DNA of 64,000 nt from a virus (lineage: Duplodnaviria > Caudoviricetes): positions 21,742-85,741 of the IMG/VR virus record IMGVR_UViG_3300028025_003146; one strand, 5' to 3'. Shown here piece after piece: positions 49,169-59,299 of the stretch. How positions within the stretch are numbered: the stretch's first letter is position 1; every line of letters begins with the position of its first letter. The position numbers and the translations under genes were made by a program. The notes beneath the pieces are model-generated. The model made no database searches. It saw only the letters and a list, made by a program, of their open reading frames with translations, and was not told where the DNA came from.

Positions 49169-49955
49169 ACCCCTATTATATTACATTATGTTTATTAAAT
49201 TACTTCAGTTGTGCTAAAAAGTTCTCTCTCCATTGAGATCTGTTGAACTTGTCCCTGATCCAACTTTGCTGTTGCTTCTTCTTCTGATCCCGCAATTACT
49301 GCTACTCTTACTTTTACATCGTATTGATATACATTGAATGTCATATTAATCCTAGTCGACTACTTTATAGATTCTACTAAATGTTAGTAAAATATTTTTT
49401 TAGAAGTATAGCTTCTATATTTGTTTTTATCTTTTTAATGATAACTTCCAGAATTTGAGCATACAACCCCTATACCCCTTTTATGATTTCTAAAAGAGAA
49501 CCCCGAAATGATCAGAGTATAAATCCGCCATTCATCGGTTGAACCTATAGTAGGCCTAGCTATTATCTGAAAGTAATTGTATAATACAACTTCCGTCATC
49601 ATCGCACTTGGAGTTTAACCCCTTGATATTATCTCCGAAAACTGTCCAAGGTTTACAGTATAGCATTTGGGATTTTCGTAAGTCAAGGATCCAGAGAATA
49701 TTTATTTCCCGCCCCCGTTTTGAAATTTGAGAAAATGTTAATATATTTTTAATATGTATGATACACACTATTTTTAATGTCCGATTTGTCCGATAGTGCG
49801 CCCATAACCCTATAATCTTGAGCGTGAGTGTGGTGTAACTCACAAAAATAGTTTGCGAATACTAGCGAGTAACCCCCCTAAATGTCAGTCCCCCCTGCTA
49901 GGATTATAGTATAAAGAAAATCAAGAAAGGTTCTTGATAAAGAAAGGAAAACAAA

Positions 49956-51109
49956 ATGTTTTCACTAAAATACACAGTAGGCTTAGGCTCTACTACCCTC
50001 CTAGTTCCTAGCGAGGAATACGCTAACGAGTATCTAGACCTAGTCTCACAGACTAGAGTTATAGATACAGTAACTCTAACCGAGTTACCTAACTACAAGC
50101 CTAGCAAGCGTGTAGTAATTGCTACTACTAGAAGTTGGGAGTAATCTAATGAACGATTATCTTGATTATATGGACGAAATCTACGAGGAACTCGTAGAGG
50201 AGTTCGGACACGAAATCGAGTCCGTGTGTGACCATAATCACACTAACGCCTAACGGCGTGTCGCTATACAATGTCGGCGCTATGCGCTACAATTCCTACT
50301 ATAACTACTAACGAAAGAAGAACAGATAATGACTATCACTTATACACTATGGCAAGGCTCTCAACTATTAGCCGTTAATCAAAAGGCTAATAAGCCCGAA
50401 GAAATCTTAGCGGTAATCGCTGAACTAAATAAACTCGGTAAGGGTTTCACTTATAACATTAGAGAGGTAGAGGTAAAGTAATGATGACTAAATGGGATAC
50501 TATCCAAGCAGATGTAGCAGACGCTTATGTCTATCTTGATGAAGAAGAAATGTATAACAAGGCATTAGCAGAAGGCGCAATAGACCTTGATGCTGATGAC
50601 TTTGATGAAGATGAATTACACAAGGCACTTACACTAGATTGGAATGACTAATGACTATAAACGGATTTGAGTTATACATAACAAGCGAATACGGATTTGA
50701 GTTTGATAGTTTCTTAGGGTCTATCTACTTACCTTGGCACACTATCCTAATCACTACCGCTTTAGTAATCGCCTATAAGATTTATAAGAGAAAGAAGAAT
50801 AAGTAATGACTACTAATCGCCTACTAACTACCGCCGTTCAATTACTACTAGCGGGAGTAACTATTCCGCTACTAATCGCCGTAATCAAAGACCTAAAAAA
50901 TGGGGGACTAAATGAGTAAATCACAATTAGAAAAAGATTTAGAAATCAAAGAAAGTTTTATAGATTTACTAAATGACATTTATCCAACTGTAAAGATTGG
51001 TTACTCAACTTTTACACCCGCCGAAATTCTAGAGTGTTGCGATCCCGTTGCGTTTGCAATCGGATTAGTAGAGCACCAAGATTATTTAGCAGAATTAGAA
51101 AATGAATAA
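49956..51109 (+). CDS. Cluster of small early genes (49956..50144, 50149..50253, 50329..50481, 50481..50651, 50912..51109 and further short ORFs)
   Basis: AAAGG/GAAAG Shine-Dalgarno sites and TAATG coupling; several strongly acidic products. Confidence 0.65.
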
Positions 51110-52161
51110 ATAAAAGCGGCGTGTCGGCTTGACAAAGTCGGCAGCTGCCCCCATCTTTTGTGGGCAGTTATCCACAGGTTTATGCACAGGTGTGGAAAAC
51201 CCTGGAAATTTGAGCGTAAGTTATCCACATGACCTAAATCACAAAAATAGTTTTCCGACACGCCCGAAAAAGGGGTCAAAATGTCAGTGGTCTATGATAG
51301 GATACTAGTATCAAGATTAAATAAGGTTTTAATCGTTAAAAGAAAGGTGGTCTTAAATGACTACACTAAATGAAACTCTATTCTCTACAATCGTTCACGA
51401 TTACCATAATGGCGGAGTAAAATCCTCTTATGGTTTAGATTCTTACACACGCAAGGAATTGCTTGCGTTTCTTATCCGTTCTACTAAATGCAATTGCATA
51501 AATTGCCTTTAAGAAAGTAGGTCTAACTAATGACTACTCTTTATCCTCTCCGCTCTATTTGCGGAAAATCCGTTTCATATGTCGATGCATATGATATCAA
51601 CTTTAATCCTAATGGTGCTATTTGTTGCGATAATTGCAACTCAATTTTAATTTGCCGTAAGGCGTGGGATTTTCTTTATAAAGGAGAAAATAAATAATGA
51701 ATAAATGCGATTCTTGTAAAAAAGAAACTACACAATTTGTTACCGATGATGGTGAATATTATTATCCAATTTGCGGGGAGTGTTACTAATGGAAAAAGAT
51801 ATTTTTGGATTTGCTGACGCAATAAATTTGGATCATCTAAATTTAGAGCAACTAAAAGAATTAGAAAAACTTTTAGAAAAAATTAAATAAACACGGCGTG
51901 TCAGCTTGACAAAAGCTGATGCGCCCACAAGGGTGCGGCGTCGGGCGTGTCGTTACGGAAATGTTATAAAAAACCCTGAAAATTACGGCGTGTCGATTTG
52001 ACAGACAAATCGGACATTTGGTGTGACGTTTATCACATTGGCCGTGTGATGCTTATCACATTCCCCACGCTCCACATATTGAGACAAACCCTTGCCAAAT
52101 TGGAAAATGTCAGTCCGTTCGTGTATAATGTCATCTATAACAACAACGAAAGAGGTGGCAG

Positions 52162-52362
52162 ATGTCAGCGAACGTCTACTCAGTCCAGTCCCTACTAGTG
52201 GGAACAAACTACTACTCAAACACTTTGCAGGGTGAAATTATTTCTGCAGAGGTTCACCCAAAAGCCGTATGGTATGACGGGTGCGAAACTTACTTGGTGG
52301 AAATTTCACCGAATAGCGGATACGGAACAAAATTCCGAACAGTCGCAGTAAAAACTCCATAA
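52162..52362 (+). CDS. Hypothetical early protein
   Basis: GAGGT Shine-Dalgarno behind promoter 52108. Confidence 0.7.
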   Translation: MSANVYSVQSLLVGTNYYSNTLQGEIISAEVHPKAVWYDGCETYLVEISPNSGYGTKFRTVAVKTP

Positions 52363-52858
52363 AATAAAATCGAAACAGGGGCAGTTTAGAGAGTGTTCTC
52401 GCCCAATGTCGTAAGTAAGAACTCTCACCAATTTTTTCAACGAAAGGAAAACTATAAATGGGATACATTGAAATTTTTAGAATGAATGAAGAGGGTGCGG
52501 GCTGGGTAGATTTATCCGAAGCAACTCCAGATGAATTATTCAACATCGAATTAGGTCTACTAGAAGAGGGGGCGTTCGAATGAACTTAGAAGAATTCAAA
52601 AAACACGTGATCGCACAACGTGAGGCAAGCAAGGCAGAAGCCTTGTCAGTGCTATCTGCTACAATTACCAAAACAAACGAAAGGGAAAACCTAAATGGCT
52701 AAAATGAAAGAATACATAGAAATAATCGCAGCGAATTGCGATGAATGCGGTGGCGCAGGATTTTTATTCTGGGGAACTGAAAATAATTATGACGTAGAGC
52801 CTTGCTCTTGCGTTGATGAAATTTCTGATGAACTAACACTAGATTGGATAAATAACTA

Positions 52859-53062
52859 ATGTATAAAATAACTTGCGCCTATGATAGCAACGCTCCCCAC
52901 TGGTCTGCCGAATATGAAAATGAATATGGTGCGTGGGAAAACTTTTTCTTATTCACCGACTGGGGAATGGCTAACGAATACTCAACTGTAAATCTATACA
53001 CGCCAACTGGCAAATGCTATACAAAAGTTTTCTATCGTAGTGGAATGGTGGCAGTAAAATGA
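52859..53062 (+). CDS. Hypothetical early protein
   Basis: ORF track; in operon with neighbours. Confidence 0.65.
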   Translation: MYKITCAYDSNAPHWSAEYENEYGAWENFFLFTDWGMANEYSTVNLYTPTGKCYTKVFYRSGMVAVK

Positions 53063-53250
53063 TGACACGAAAAGATTATATTGCAACGGCTGAAATTCTA
53101 AAGTATCTCAGCAATAAAGTTCACCCCGCTGTTTTTTCTAAAACTGTTCACGACTTTGCGGAGATGTTCGCAAAAGATAATGAGCGATTTGATGTAACAC
53201 GATTTCACGAAGCGAGTGGGTATAATGTTCCTAACTTCACTTCAAGATAA
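53059..53250 (+). CDS. Hypothetical early protein
   Basis: MTRKDY...FAKDNERFDVTRF, a pattern common in small phage proteins. Confidence 0.7.
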   Translation: MMTRKDYIATAEILKYLSNKVHPAVFSKTVHDFAEMFAKDNERFDVTRFHEASGYNVPNFTSR

Positions 53251-53356
53251 AGTAAAACGCATTCAGGAATTGCGTCGCAGTAATGCGGCGCAACCTGTTC
53301 GCAATAAAAAAAAATACACACGCAAAATAAAACATAAAAATAAATATTCAGAGTAA
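53225..53356 (+). CDS. Short basic peptide, ArfA-like C-terminus (43 aa)
   Basis: LRRSNAAQPVRNKKKYTRKIKHK; below the ORF-track length cut-off. Confidence 0.5.
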   Translation: MFLTSLQDKVKRIQELRRSNAAQPVRNKKKYTRKIKHKNKYSE

Positions 53357-53504
53357 TGCATAAATATGCGGCGCCCACAAAGCTACGGGGTCGGGCGTGT
53401 CGTTAAGGGTGTGATCTAAAACACCCTGAAAATTTGCGTGTCGATTAGTAAATGTCAGTCTAACCTGCTATAATTCCAATATCTACTAACGAAAGAGGTC
53501 CGTA

Positions 53505-53714
53505 ATGGAACTATTTACTGTCGCTTGCTTGAACTATGAAATTTGTGGTGCTCAAGAAACTTTCGATTCAATTGAAGAATATGAAATCTATGGTGATGAC
53601 TATACCTGCGCTGAATGCTATGACGCTGAAGAAATGGAATTCTATGAACTAACTGGCTGGGCTGATTCCGACGCTCTTGCGTCTGCTGGCCACGGAATGG
53701 ATGAGGATTACTAA
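53505..53714 (+). CDS. Small acidic Cys-containing protein
   Basis: C....C...CAEC; ends SDALASAGHGMDEDY. Confidence 0.7.
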   Translation: MELFTVACLNYEICGAQETFDSIEEYEIYGDDYTCAECYDAEEMEFYELTGWADSDALASAGHGMDEDY

Positions 53715-53745
53715 TATGTCAGAGGTCCAAGATATAATTACCCCT

Positions 53746-54465
53746 ATGAAACTAAAACGTTCTAATGATAGAAAGGTGGCTAACCTTGTCACAAAAAATG
53801 GAAAGCAGGCCGCAATTGCTAACACGTTCGGATTACCCGCAGGAAAAGATTTTTCATGTCCTGGCGCTACGTCTATCTGCGAGACTGTTTGCTATGCAGG
53901 CAAATTGGAAAAACTCTTCAAGGGAGTAAAAACTAATCTTCTTCACAATTGGGAATTGTTACGCAATGCAGACATGGAGACCATGTATCAATTGCTTAAT
54001 GAAATGATTATTGACTTTAAAGCCGATTGTGTAAAGAAAGACGCCCCTATGTTATTCCGTATCCACTGGGACGGAGATTTCTTTAATGATTTCTATACTT
54101 ATGCCTGGAAGAATGTAATCAATGAGCACACCGATGTTCAATTCTGGGTTTATACACGTGTAAAGTCTGCAGCGCTTATTCTTAAGGATGTTTCTAATCT
54201 ATCTCTTTACTATTCTACCGACGATGAGAATAAAGAAATCGGCCACGAACTAAAAGTAAATGAAGGAATTCGCCTTGCATACTTAGGGAAGACATTCGCC
54301 TTAACCGAAAGCACAATGAAAGAATTGACGGGCAAGCCTGGCGCTAAGTGTCCTGAAAATATGAAATCAATTCCACTAATTAGCAATGCAGGTTCTGCGT
54401 GTGTATCGTGTGGCTTGTGTGTTTATGGTAAAGCGGATATTAGATTTTCTGCGAGTAAAAAATAA
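53746..54465 (+). CDS. Gp88-like Fe-S / radical-SAM-like protein
   Basis: FGLPAG..SCPGATSICETVCYA, FRIHWDGDF, FWVYTR, CP...CVSCGLC as in the mycobacteriophage gene-product-88 family; probable leaderless start 7 nt after TATAAT. Confidence 0.75.
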   Translation: MKLKRSNDRKVANLVTKNGKQAAIANTFGLPAGKDFSCPGATSICETVCYAGKLEKLFKGVKTNLLHNWELLRNADMETMYQLLNEMIIDFKADCVKKDAPMLFRIHWDGDFFNDFYTYAWKNVINEHTDVQFWVYTRVKSAALILKDVSNLSLYYSTDDENKEIGHELKVNEGIRLAYLGKTFALTESTMKELTGKPGAKCPENMKSIPLISNAGSACVSCGLCVYGKADIRFSASKK

Positions 54466-54752
54466 TGGCGGATCTATTAGGTGCCATGCTAGGTGGCGGA
54501 TTAATGACTGTACTTTTTTTGCCCGTCCCTATAATAATTTGGATGATATTTAAAAGCATGTAGCGGCGTGTCGGCTTGACAAGATCAAGCTGGCCCGCAA
54601 AGGTGCGGGGTTATCCACAGGCTTACGGCAGTTATCCACAATGCCCTGAAAATGTGAGTATTATCACAAAAGCTGCGACACGCCGAGGATGGATTAGGTA
54701 ATGTCAGTGGCTAATGGTAAAATACTCTTATTCCAACAACGAAAGGTAACAA

Positions 54753-54977
54753 ATGTCAAATCTAATGAAAGTTCCACACACAGTAGTATTCGAGGCAATT
54801 ATTGACTTGGATAAAATCCCTGCAAACTTATTGCCTGCGCTAATTGCTCTTGATGAGAAATCAATTCAGCAAATGTGCAAGGAAGCAACACTACACGCAC
54901 TTGGTATGTCTAATGTATTACCACTTGCTAATGAAAATAACACTTGGGCTGAAGTAACTATTGCGGAAGGAAACTAA
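54753..54977 (+). CDS. Hypothetical early protein
   Basis: GAAAGGT Shine-Dalgarno behind promoter 54702. Confidence 0.7.
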   Translation: MSNLMKVPHTVVFEAIIDLDKIPANLLPALIALDEKSIQQMCKEATLHALGMSNVLPLANENNTWAEVTIAEGN

Positions 54978-54979
54978 TA

Positions 54980-55249
54980 ATGGGATACACAACTGCGTTA
55001 GCACTAGAAGAAGAATTAGGACTAGAAGCGGGATTAGCAATTCACTTGCAGGGTAATCACTACCCACCCGTTCCCGTATCAATGGTGCAACCTTGCATAG
55101 ATGCTATTGATGCGTTCTATGATGAGGAGTATAGTCGAGAGATTAATCTTCCTGAAGGTATCACTTGGCGAGGTCAGACTTCCTGCCCTGCGTCTGCCAT
55201 AGTAGATGCTCACCACTTAGAAGCGTGGCTACCTCAATACGAGGACTAG
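54980..55249 (+). CDS. Hypothetical early protein
   Basis: HLQGNHYPPVP...IVDAHHLEAW. Confidence 0.7.
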   Translation: MGYTTALALEEELGLEAGLAIHLQGNHYPPVPVSMVQPCIDAIDAFYDEEYSREINLPEGITWRGQTSCPASAIVDAHHLEAWLPQYED

Positions 55250-55365
55250 AGATCAAGATAGGCGTGTGAGATTACTCACACGCTTATCATCTCAAATAAT
55301 AAGATTGGGGTAGAAAATGTCAGACCCCTTTGCTATAATAAGACCCTAACAAGAAAGGAAGCAAA

Positions 55366-55539
55366 ATGACAATAGATAACAAAGTCTATCAGGTCGGTGA
55401 TTTATTCACTACCCTGAAGTCTAAGGAAACAGGAGTAATCAAAGAGATTATTCCTAACGCATCTGGCTCGGTGCGAGTTCGTCTGGAAACAGACAACGGA
55501 GAACGCTGGACAACAGTTCTTGCCGATAGCCTAGCGTAA
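55366..55539 (+). CDS. Small SH3/KOW-like protein (57 aa; paralog of 56135..56317)
   Basis: YQVGDLFTTLKSKETGVIKEI...ETDNGERW; own promoter and Shine-Dalgarno. Confidence 0.65.
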   Translation: MTIDNKVYQVGDLFTTLKSKETGVIKEIIPNASGSVRVRLETDNGERWTTVLADSLA

Positions 55540-55614
55540 TAAAACGGCAGGGGGGTTGTCAGACCCCCCTGCTATAATACTCATACCAACAACCAACCAA
55601 CGAAAGGTAATAAA

Positions 55615-56031
55615 ATGAGCAGACAAATCACAGTAAAGGTCGCAACGACCAAAGTAATCAAGGCACTAGAGGCAACTCTTGCTAAACTAGAAAATGATTA
55701 CAACACACAGGCAACAAAGGAAGCAAAGTTCGGCAAGGCGCAAGAAGCGTGGCGCAAGGAAATTGGCAAGTGGGCTATCGCTAACTTCTCAAAGGCTGAG
55801 AACCTTCGCACGAACTATCGCTCTTGGAACAACTCTCTCAATGTTGATTTTGACATCATCACAAAGGAAAGCGATTTCCCTAAAGAGCCTGAAAAGGATT
55901 TTGAGGTTATCCATCAGCACCAGTATCGTGAGATGAAAGAGGACATCACAAATGCCCTAACAATTCTCAAGATGACAGATGAGGAAACAGTAAATGCTTC
56001 TACTATGAAGCAGATTGCTAAGTATCTCTAA
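55615..56031 (+). CDS. Hypothetical early protein
   Basis: 138 aa; own promoter and GAAAGGT Shine-Dalgarno. Confidence 0.75.
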   Translation: MSRQITVKVATTKVIKALEATLAKLENDYNTQATKEAKFGKAQEAWRKEIGKWAIANFSKAENLRTNYRSWNNSLNVDFDIITKESDFPKEPEKDFEVIHQHQYREMKEDITNALTILKMTDEETVNASTMKQIAKYL

Positions 56032-56134
56032 ATAGGTTTTGGGGGGTTAGCACACAAAGTCTAGACACCTGAACCCAAACGACCTGAGTAAGTCGCAAAA
56101 CTGCTCAACCAACCAACTACCGAAAGGAAATAAA

Positions 56135-56317
56135 ATGTCACCAATTCTAGATACCGCTAAGGGTCGCTTCTACCGCAAGGGAGATGTATTCACAACTGGC
56201 AAATCAGGAATTACTGGCACTATCACAGAAATCGTTTCTATTCGCCCAACACTAACTAAACTAGGGCTGAATACAGAAAATGGTCTGCGCTGGGCTATGG
56301 TAAAAATCGGCGCATAA
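56135..56317 (+). CDS. Small SH3/KOW-like protein
   Basis: YRKGDVFTTGKSGITGTITEI...NTENGLRW. Confidence 0.65.
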   Translation: MSPILDTAKGRFYRKGDVFTTGKSGITGTITEIVSIRPTLTKLGLNTENGLRWAMVKIGA

Positions 56318-56386
56318 TCTAATGGGGGCTAGACAAAATCTAGCCCCCAATGTTATAATTCTTATTCCTACTAAAGAAAGAATAAA

Positions 56387-56614
56387 ATGAAAAATCGTTA
56401 TCGTGTAGAAATCTATGACGCAAACAAAGCAAATGATGTAACAATTTATTCAGAGCAAGGTGTAGATAGAGATTATCTAACTGAATTAGTTTTTTCTAAT
56501 TTGCGTAAGTTCCACGGAAGAGTAAATGCTTACGTGTATGACAATGTAAAAAAGAAAAAGGTTACAGCAATGTTCCTTGATGAAAGTATAACTAATAAGT
56601 TCAAAGCAATTTAA
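56387..56614 (+). CDS. Hypothetical early protein
   Basis: ORF track; TGTTATAAT upstream. Confidence 0.65.
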   Translation: MKNRYRVEIYDANKANDVTIYSEQGVDRDYLTELVFSNLRKFHGRVNAYVYDNVKKKKVTAMFLDESITNKFKAI

Positions 56615-56837
56615 AGTAGTGGCGGGATCTTGATCGGTCCCGCCGCAGCTTTGCTAATGTCGACAATGCCCGCAAAGGTGCGGGGTTATCCACAGCCTTA
56701 CGGCTACCTGTGGAAAAACCCTGAAAATTTGTGAGATTACTCACACGGATCAATTCGGACATATTGTAACTAACCATTGATAATGTCAGACCCACCTGTT
56801 ATAATAAACCTAACAACAAACGAAAGGTAAAAAATAT

Positions 56838-57845
56838 ATGGCTCACAATCTCGAAATGGAAAATGGCGAAGTTGCTTTCGCTCTCCGTGGCGCACCTGCT
56901 TGGCACAACCTTGCAAACCGCATCTTTGCAAAAGATGAGGAAGTTACAACTCAAACAATGCTAGATGAAGCAAAACTTTCTAATTGGAATGTTCGCTTAT
57001 CTCCATTGACCGACCACATTTCAGAATCTTGGAATGATGTATCTCAGGCATCTCTTGTCATTCGTGATAACCCATTCAATAAGGGTGTAGATGTTCTCGC
57101 AACTGTTGGCAAGCGTTACAAGCCTGTGCAGAATGAAGAACTATTTGCATTCGCTGATGCAATTCACGATGCCAATGCTGATTGCCGTTGGGAATCTGCT
57201 GGCTCACTAAAAAAGGGTAAAGTTGTTTTTGGAACTGTAGATATTCCACGCACAATGGTTCTTGACCCACAAGGCGCTAATGATGAAACTAAACTTTATC
57301 TTATCGTATGGACATCACACGATGGTTCTGTTGCTGTTCAAGCAGCCGTTACTCCTGTTCGTGTTGTATGCCAAAACACGCTAAACCTTGCAATGAAGAA
57401 TGCTAAGCAATCTTTCAAGATTCGCCACACGCAATCTGTTGAAGGTCGCATTCAAGTTGCTCGTGAAACTCTTGGGCTTGCTCTTGGATACTTTGATGAA
57501 TTCGAAGTTCAAGCAAAAGCACTTTACTCACAAGCAATCACCGATGCTGAATTCTCTAAGTTGATTCAGACAATTTATCCTAAGCCAGATAAAGATGCAG
57601 CAAAAGTTGCGCTAACTAAGTGGGAGAACAAGGTTGTTCTACTTGATGACCTTTATCATAACTCACCAACTAACGCTACAATCAAGGGAACAAAGTGGGG
57701 TGCGTTCAATGCACTAACTGAGCGCCTTGACTATTTCCGTTCAGGTCGTGGCAATTCTGAAACACTTATGGCGGGTGCATCAGGCTTTGACCCAATTCTT
57801 ACCGCAGAAAAAAATAAGTTGTATCGAATGGTTGCAACTTTCTAA
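56838..57845 (+). CDS. DUF932-family phage/plasmid protein
   Basis: MAHNLE...PAWH.L, VGKRYKPVQNEE.F, ESAGSLKKG, TSHDGS, TPVRVVCQNTL, IRHT, GTKWGAFNALTE. Confidence 0.85.
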   Translation: MAHNLEMENGEVAFALRGAPAWHNLANRIFAKDEEVTTQTMLDEAKLSNWNVRLSPLTDHISESWNDVSQASLVIRDNPFNKGVDVLATVGKRYKPVQNEELFAFADAIHDANADCRWESAGSLKKGKVVFGTVDIPRTMVLDPQGANDETKLYLIVWTSHDGSVAVQAAVTPVRVVCQNTLNLAMKNAKQSFKIRHTQSVEGRIQVARETLGLALGYFDEFEVQAKALYSQAITDAEFSKLIQTIYPKPDKDAAKVALTKWENKVVLLDDLYHNSPTNATIKGTKWGAFNALTERLDYFRSGRGNSETLMAGASGFDPILTAEKNKLYRMVATF

Positions 57846-57884
57846 ATAATAAAAATCCTAGGCAAGATTTAAAACTGCCTGCAA

Positions 57885-57961
57885 GATCTCTTAGCTCAGT
57901 TGGTTAGAGCGCTACCCTGTCACGGTAGAGGTCACGGGTTCAAGTCCCGTAGGGGTCGCCA
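57885..57961 (+). tRNA. tRNA-Asp (GTC)
   Basis: Acceptor GATCTCT/AGGGGTC, D-arm GCTC/GAGC, anticodon arm CTACC-CTGTCAC-GGTAG, T-loop GGTTCAAGTCC, discriminator G, encoded CCA. Confidence 0.93.
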
Positions 57962-58077
57962 AATAGATTTGTCGACAATGCCCGCAGTATTGCGGGTGTG
58001 ATTTTAATCATACGGGGATCATAAAAAAAGCCCTGGAAATCCTTGTAAATGTCAGTGGGGTCCGCTATAATACTCAC

Positions 58078-58734
58078 ATGATGACAACCAACGGAACTAA
58101 ATATACATTCGTCTGCGACCCAGATGAATGCGACACATTAATCGAAGTAACCTGTGTTTCAGGATTCGATTTCCCTAATGGTGTGATTAAACACACATGC
58201 CCTTGTGGTAGAGAAATGTCATACATCTCTGCTACAATACTCTCATCAACAAACCAAACGAAAGAGGAAAAAATGGAAGAGACAACAACACCTGCAGTAA
58301 CAATTCCCGATACATATAACCCAAACCTGTTGGTTACCTACAAAGTAATCCGTGGTTATTCTGACCCTGAATATGCAACCGATAAGGTTACATCAATTGA
58401 ATGGGACCTACACAATGCCCGTCAAGCACAGAAGCACAATGGCGTTCTTCAAGATAAGATTAATACAGTTAAAGATATTATCACTGAGGCATACGCCGAT
58501 TCAGAAGACCAAGATACACTACGTGCAATTGCCGAAGCGCTTGGCATTGAACTAGTTCGAGAAGTTCTATTCACCGCAACTCTTGAAGTTAGCGGAACAT
58601 ATACATACAATGTATTAGATTCAGATTATGAATTGGACCTTGATTCAGAAGTCACAGATGCTCTTTACGCCGATTCAAATAACGGTAACATCACAATTGA
58701 TGACACCGAAGTTTGCCACGTAAGGGAAGCGTAA
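58078..58734 (+). CDS. Hypothetical protein (Zn-ribbon N-terminus; internal start at MEETT has its own promoter)
   Basis: CDPDEC...CPCG; internal promoter at 58217 and GAGG Shine-Dalgarno. Confidence 0.65.
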   Translation: MMTTNGTKYTFVCDPDECDTLIEVTCVSGFDFPNGVIKHTCPCGREMSYISATILSSTNQTKEEKMEETTTPAVTIPDTYNPNLLVTYKVIRGYSDPEYATDKVTSIEWDLHNARQAQKHNGVLQDKINTVKDIITEAYADSEDQDTLRAIAEALGIELVREVLFTATLEVSGTYTYNVLDSDYELDLDSEVTDALYADSNNGNITIDDTEVCHVREA

Positions 58735-58946
58735 TGTATTTTGAGTTGACTGCTCCCGATAGGCTATCTCTTGAGATGGCTTATTGGGATGCACAAATCA
58801 CTGGACTCGACCCTGAGTTTATGCCACCGTTGACATTCAATGTTGGAACTGGTAGTATAGAGAAAGTAAGTCGCATTCGTGACAAGTATAATTTAAAAGA
58901 ATCATACTGGTCAGATAGAGAAGCGACAGGATATAAGGAGAAATAA
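58734..58946 (+). CDS. Hypothetical early protein
   Basis: TAATG-coupled start (MYFEL). Confidence 0.65.
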   Translation: MYFELTAPDRLSLEMAYWDAQITGLDPEFMPPLTFNVGTGSIEKVSRIRDKYNLKESYWSDREATGYKEK

Positions 58947-59088
58947 TGTCAGATTACAAAGATGGTTTTGATGACGGGTATAAGTTTGCTCGTGAAGAGA
59001 TGATGGAAAGACTATCAGAGATTGATATTAACGATATCGATACTTGGATTCTTGACCGTCTTTGTGAAATGATAGAAGGCGGGAAACT

Positions 59089-59298
59089 ATGACAACCGAA
59101 GACTTAACACGATGGATCGGCTGTGATCAATGCGGTACAGCTCAAGCTAAGTATCTAATTAAACTAGTAGACGGTGAGCTTTTCTTTTGCCACCACCACT
59201 ACAATAAAAACAAAGAGGGCCTTGACAAGGTCTCGTACGAAGTGATAGACTTAAACAAAATCGAAGAAGCAGCACCTATACTAGAAACGGCGGAATAA
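59089..59298 (+). CDS. Small Zn-finger protein
   Basis: CDQCG.AQA...ELFFCHHH. Confidence 0.7.
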   Translation: MTTEDLTRWIGCDQCGTAQAKYLIKLVDGELFFCHHHYNKNKEGLDKVSYEVIDLNKIEEAAPILETAE

Positions 59299-59299
59299 A

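Noticed and set aside
56080-56107. Hammerhead or pistol ribozyme
   Set aside because: CUGAG and AAA are present, but the remaining catalytic core and stems are not.
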